A DNA stretch of 64,000 nucleotides. Origin: Marsupella aquatica. Its lineage: Eukaryota; Plantae; Marchantiophyta. Of the stretch, positions 62,301 through 64,000 are shown piece after piece. Made by a program: the position numbers and the translations under genes. The DNA lies in the NCBI GenBank assembly GCA_973895155.1, contig OZ316897.1, positions 20,401,224-20,465,223 of the forward strand, written 5' to 3'. The notes below the pieces were generated by a model. That model was not told where the DNA came from. It saw only the letters and a program-made list of their open reading frames with translations, and searched no databases. Every line of letters begins with the position of its first letter. The stretch's first letter is position 1.

Positions 62301-63799
62301 GACTAAAAGCCGAAAAGTCTGTTCTGCGCCTAGGGCAAGGGTGACCCGAGTGCTGTCGCCACTTACAGTCTAACTAGATGATCTGGTTTTTATAGCGAGA
62401 ATTAGTGGGGGATGCAATTGGAACATATACTACAATTTATGCTGTAACGAGAGTGCATGATCATTGATGCATCTGGATCCAGCCCCAACGTGGATTACTG
62501 TCCGGGAAGACTGCGGGTCACATAAAACTTCCAACCTAAGTGTCCTGGCTTCCCAACTCTTTTAATGGCAATCTCTAGGACATTTAATCTCTACAACATC
62601 CATCCATAGGGCTCTGGACACTCTCATCCCGATTGTCCAAGATTTCAGGATTTCAACCGTTAAAATGAGGAGATGGAGCGGGAAAATCGTATTTCGATAA
62701 CTCATACATGGTCTATAATGTGAGAAGAGAGAGCATGGGGTCAAGAATTCACTGAGTTTCCCAATGTCATGGCATTTGTGGGATTGTGGGCAGTGGGATT
62801 CAGGAAAGTGCTCTCCAGGATGCCATTGTTTCGTTTCTCCATGATGTAGATACTGAAAGCAGGTGAAATTATAAATAATGCATTCGTTCCCTGCAGGATC
62901 ATGCTAACCTGACGGTGATTGACTGAACCTACTAAACTTGTTGACACGCTGAGCTTATACTGCCAAGCCTTCGGTGAATGATAGAGAAAACCGTCAACGA
63001 TGACATTCTTAAGACATTCAATTCACAAAGCGTTTCTCGCTCCTTTGTGCCCCGTGCCAAGGAGTATATGTCCAAAGAGCTTCCTGCACAATAGATTGGG
63101 GATAGGAGGAGCCAACTCAACTAAGGGAACATTCGCATTAGTTTGTGAGTGAACTCTAACTTTTCTGGTCCCAGACACTAGTTTTGAATTGACAAGGCAA
63201 TACAACATTGTGCATAATGCAAATGGAAATTAAAGGATTCTTTTGCCCTTGTTTGGGAATTGGGACTCTTAGCCTTTTTGGCTACTTGTTCTTCCCTGAC
63301 TTTCCTTGTTTCTTTTCAACTGGGATTTTGTTTATTTTGGAGACACATCCTGCCCTTTCCAGGCATCGGCCCGGCTGGAGACACACCGGTATTGGCTGAA
63401 GCCCCAACCCTATCAGCCGGAGGGTGCAATACTATAGATAGAAGTGCTCCGCACTTTGTGGGTCCGAAGTATGGGGAGGAAGAGCATAAGCTTGGATCAA
63501 TGTTTATACTCTGAGATATTGGAGGCTTCGCAAAAGATGGAGATTGCTCGTAGTTTGTTTTCCCCCTTGAGTTGGAATTCTTGGAATACCTTGTTTGGAA
63601 TCTTACTTTTTGTTCTTTTGCAGTGTTATATATAAAAGAATAATTTGATGTCGTTGGTAGATTGTTAGAGAGTAGAACTTAGTTAATGGGCAGAAAAAGC
63701 ACTCATATATACTTTAAGCTTAACTTATAGTTGAGCGTAATCTCCTGATGATTATTCATAATACCTTTTTTGCCTTGAAAGCAGTGAGCATGCCCTGTA

Positions 63800-64000
63800 G
63801 GGTTTTCATTTGGTTGCTTGCTTCTTAGTTTTTTGTGGGATGCTCTTTGCCTTGTTGGGCCTCTTTGGTCTTCTTGGGTCTTTTCTTTCCCTTGCCCGCC
63901 CTTTATTGGGTTCTTTTGCCTTTGGGATCATGTCTCCCAGTTTGGCCCTCGCTTGTCCTTTATTGGGTTCTTTTGCCTTTGGGATCATGTCTCCCAGTTT
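63800..64000 (+). repeat. Dispersed repeat related to the RLE/CRE 3' tail, with a local 57-bp tandem duplication running off the window end
   Basis: CTTTATTGGGTTCTTTTGCCTTTGGGATCATGTCTCCCAGTTT at 63901 and 63958 resembles CTTTATTGGGTTGCTTTGTATTTGGGACCGTGTCTCC at 7983. Confidence 0.75.

Noticed and set aside
58500-63200. Genes among the short ORFs of the right end
   Set aside because: All are under about 90 aa with no motifs or consistent exon chain.

Overview
Eukaryotic, TE-rich plant genomic DNA with GT-AG introns, most likely a liverwort (Marchantiales such as Riccia or Marchantia; inferred from the alpha/beta-hydrolase-NB-ARC-LRR gene). 1-8.7 kb is a nest of transposon remains: a frameshifted TE-type ORF, a CACTA end inserted into a Copia RNase H, a Copia 3' LTR, RLE/CRE-type non-LTR relics and a SINE-like head. 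Six probable genes follow: a 5-exon hydrolase-NLR with an N-terminal hydrophobic segment (10.3-15.8 kb), an intronless RHD3/SEY1 GTPase (24.2-26.7 kb), an intronless plastid glyoxalase I (28.2-29.4 kb, minus), a multi-exon condensin subunit CAP-D2 (32.3-41.4 kb), and two duplicated, intronless, secreted ferritin-like genes resembling fungal Rds1-type proteins (43.0-44.1 and 48.6-49.6 kb, minus). Main observations: (i) RHD3 and the unrelated CAP-D2 share a collinear homologous upstream block of about 400-500 bp ending at their ATGs, suggesting promoter capture by a retrocopy; (ii) the ferritin-like pair is a candidate fungus-to-plant transfer with plant-type TATA/ABRE promoters; (iii) the NLR has a putative membrane anchor, intact-looking hydrolase motifs and VHQ in place of MHD; (iv) a four-unit hairpin-rich array lies upstream of CAP-D2. 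50.5-64 kb has no gene I can support. All family assignments come from motif recognition by eye; no searches were run.
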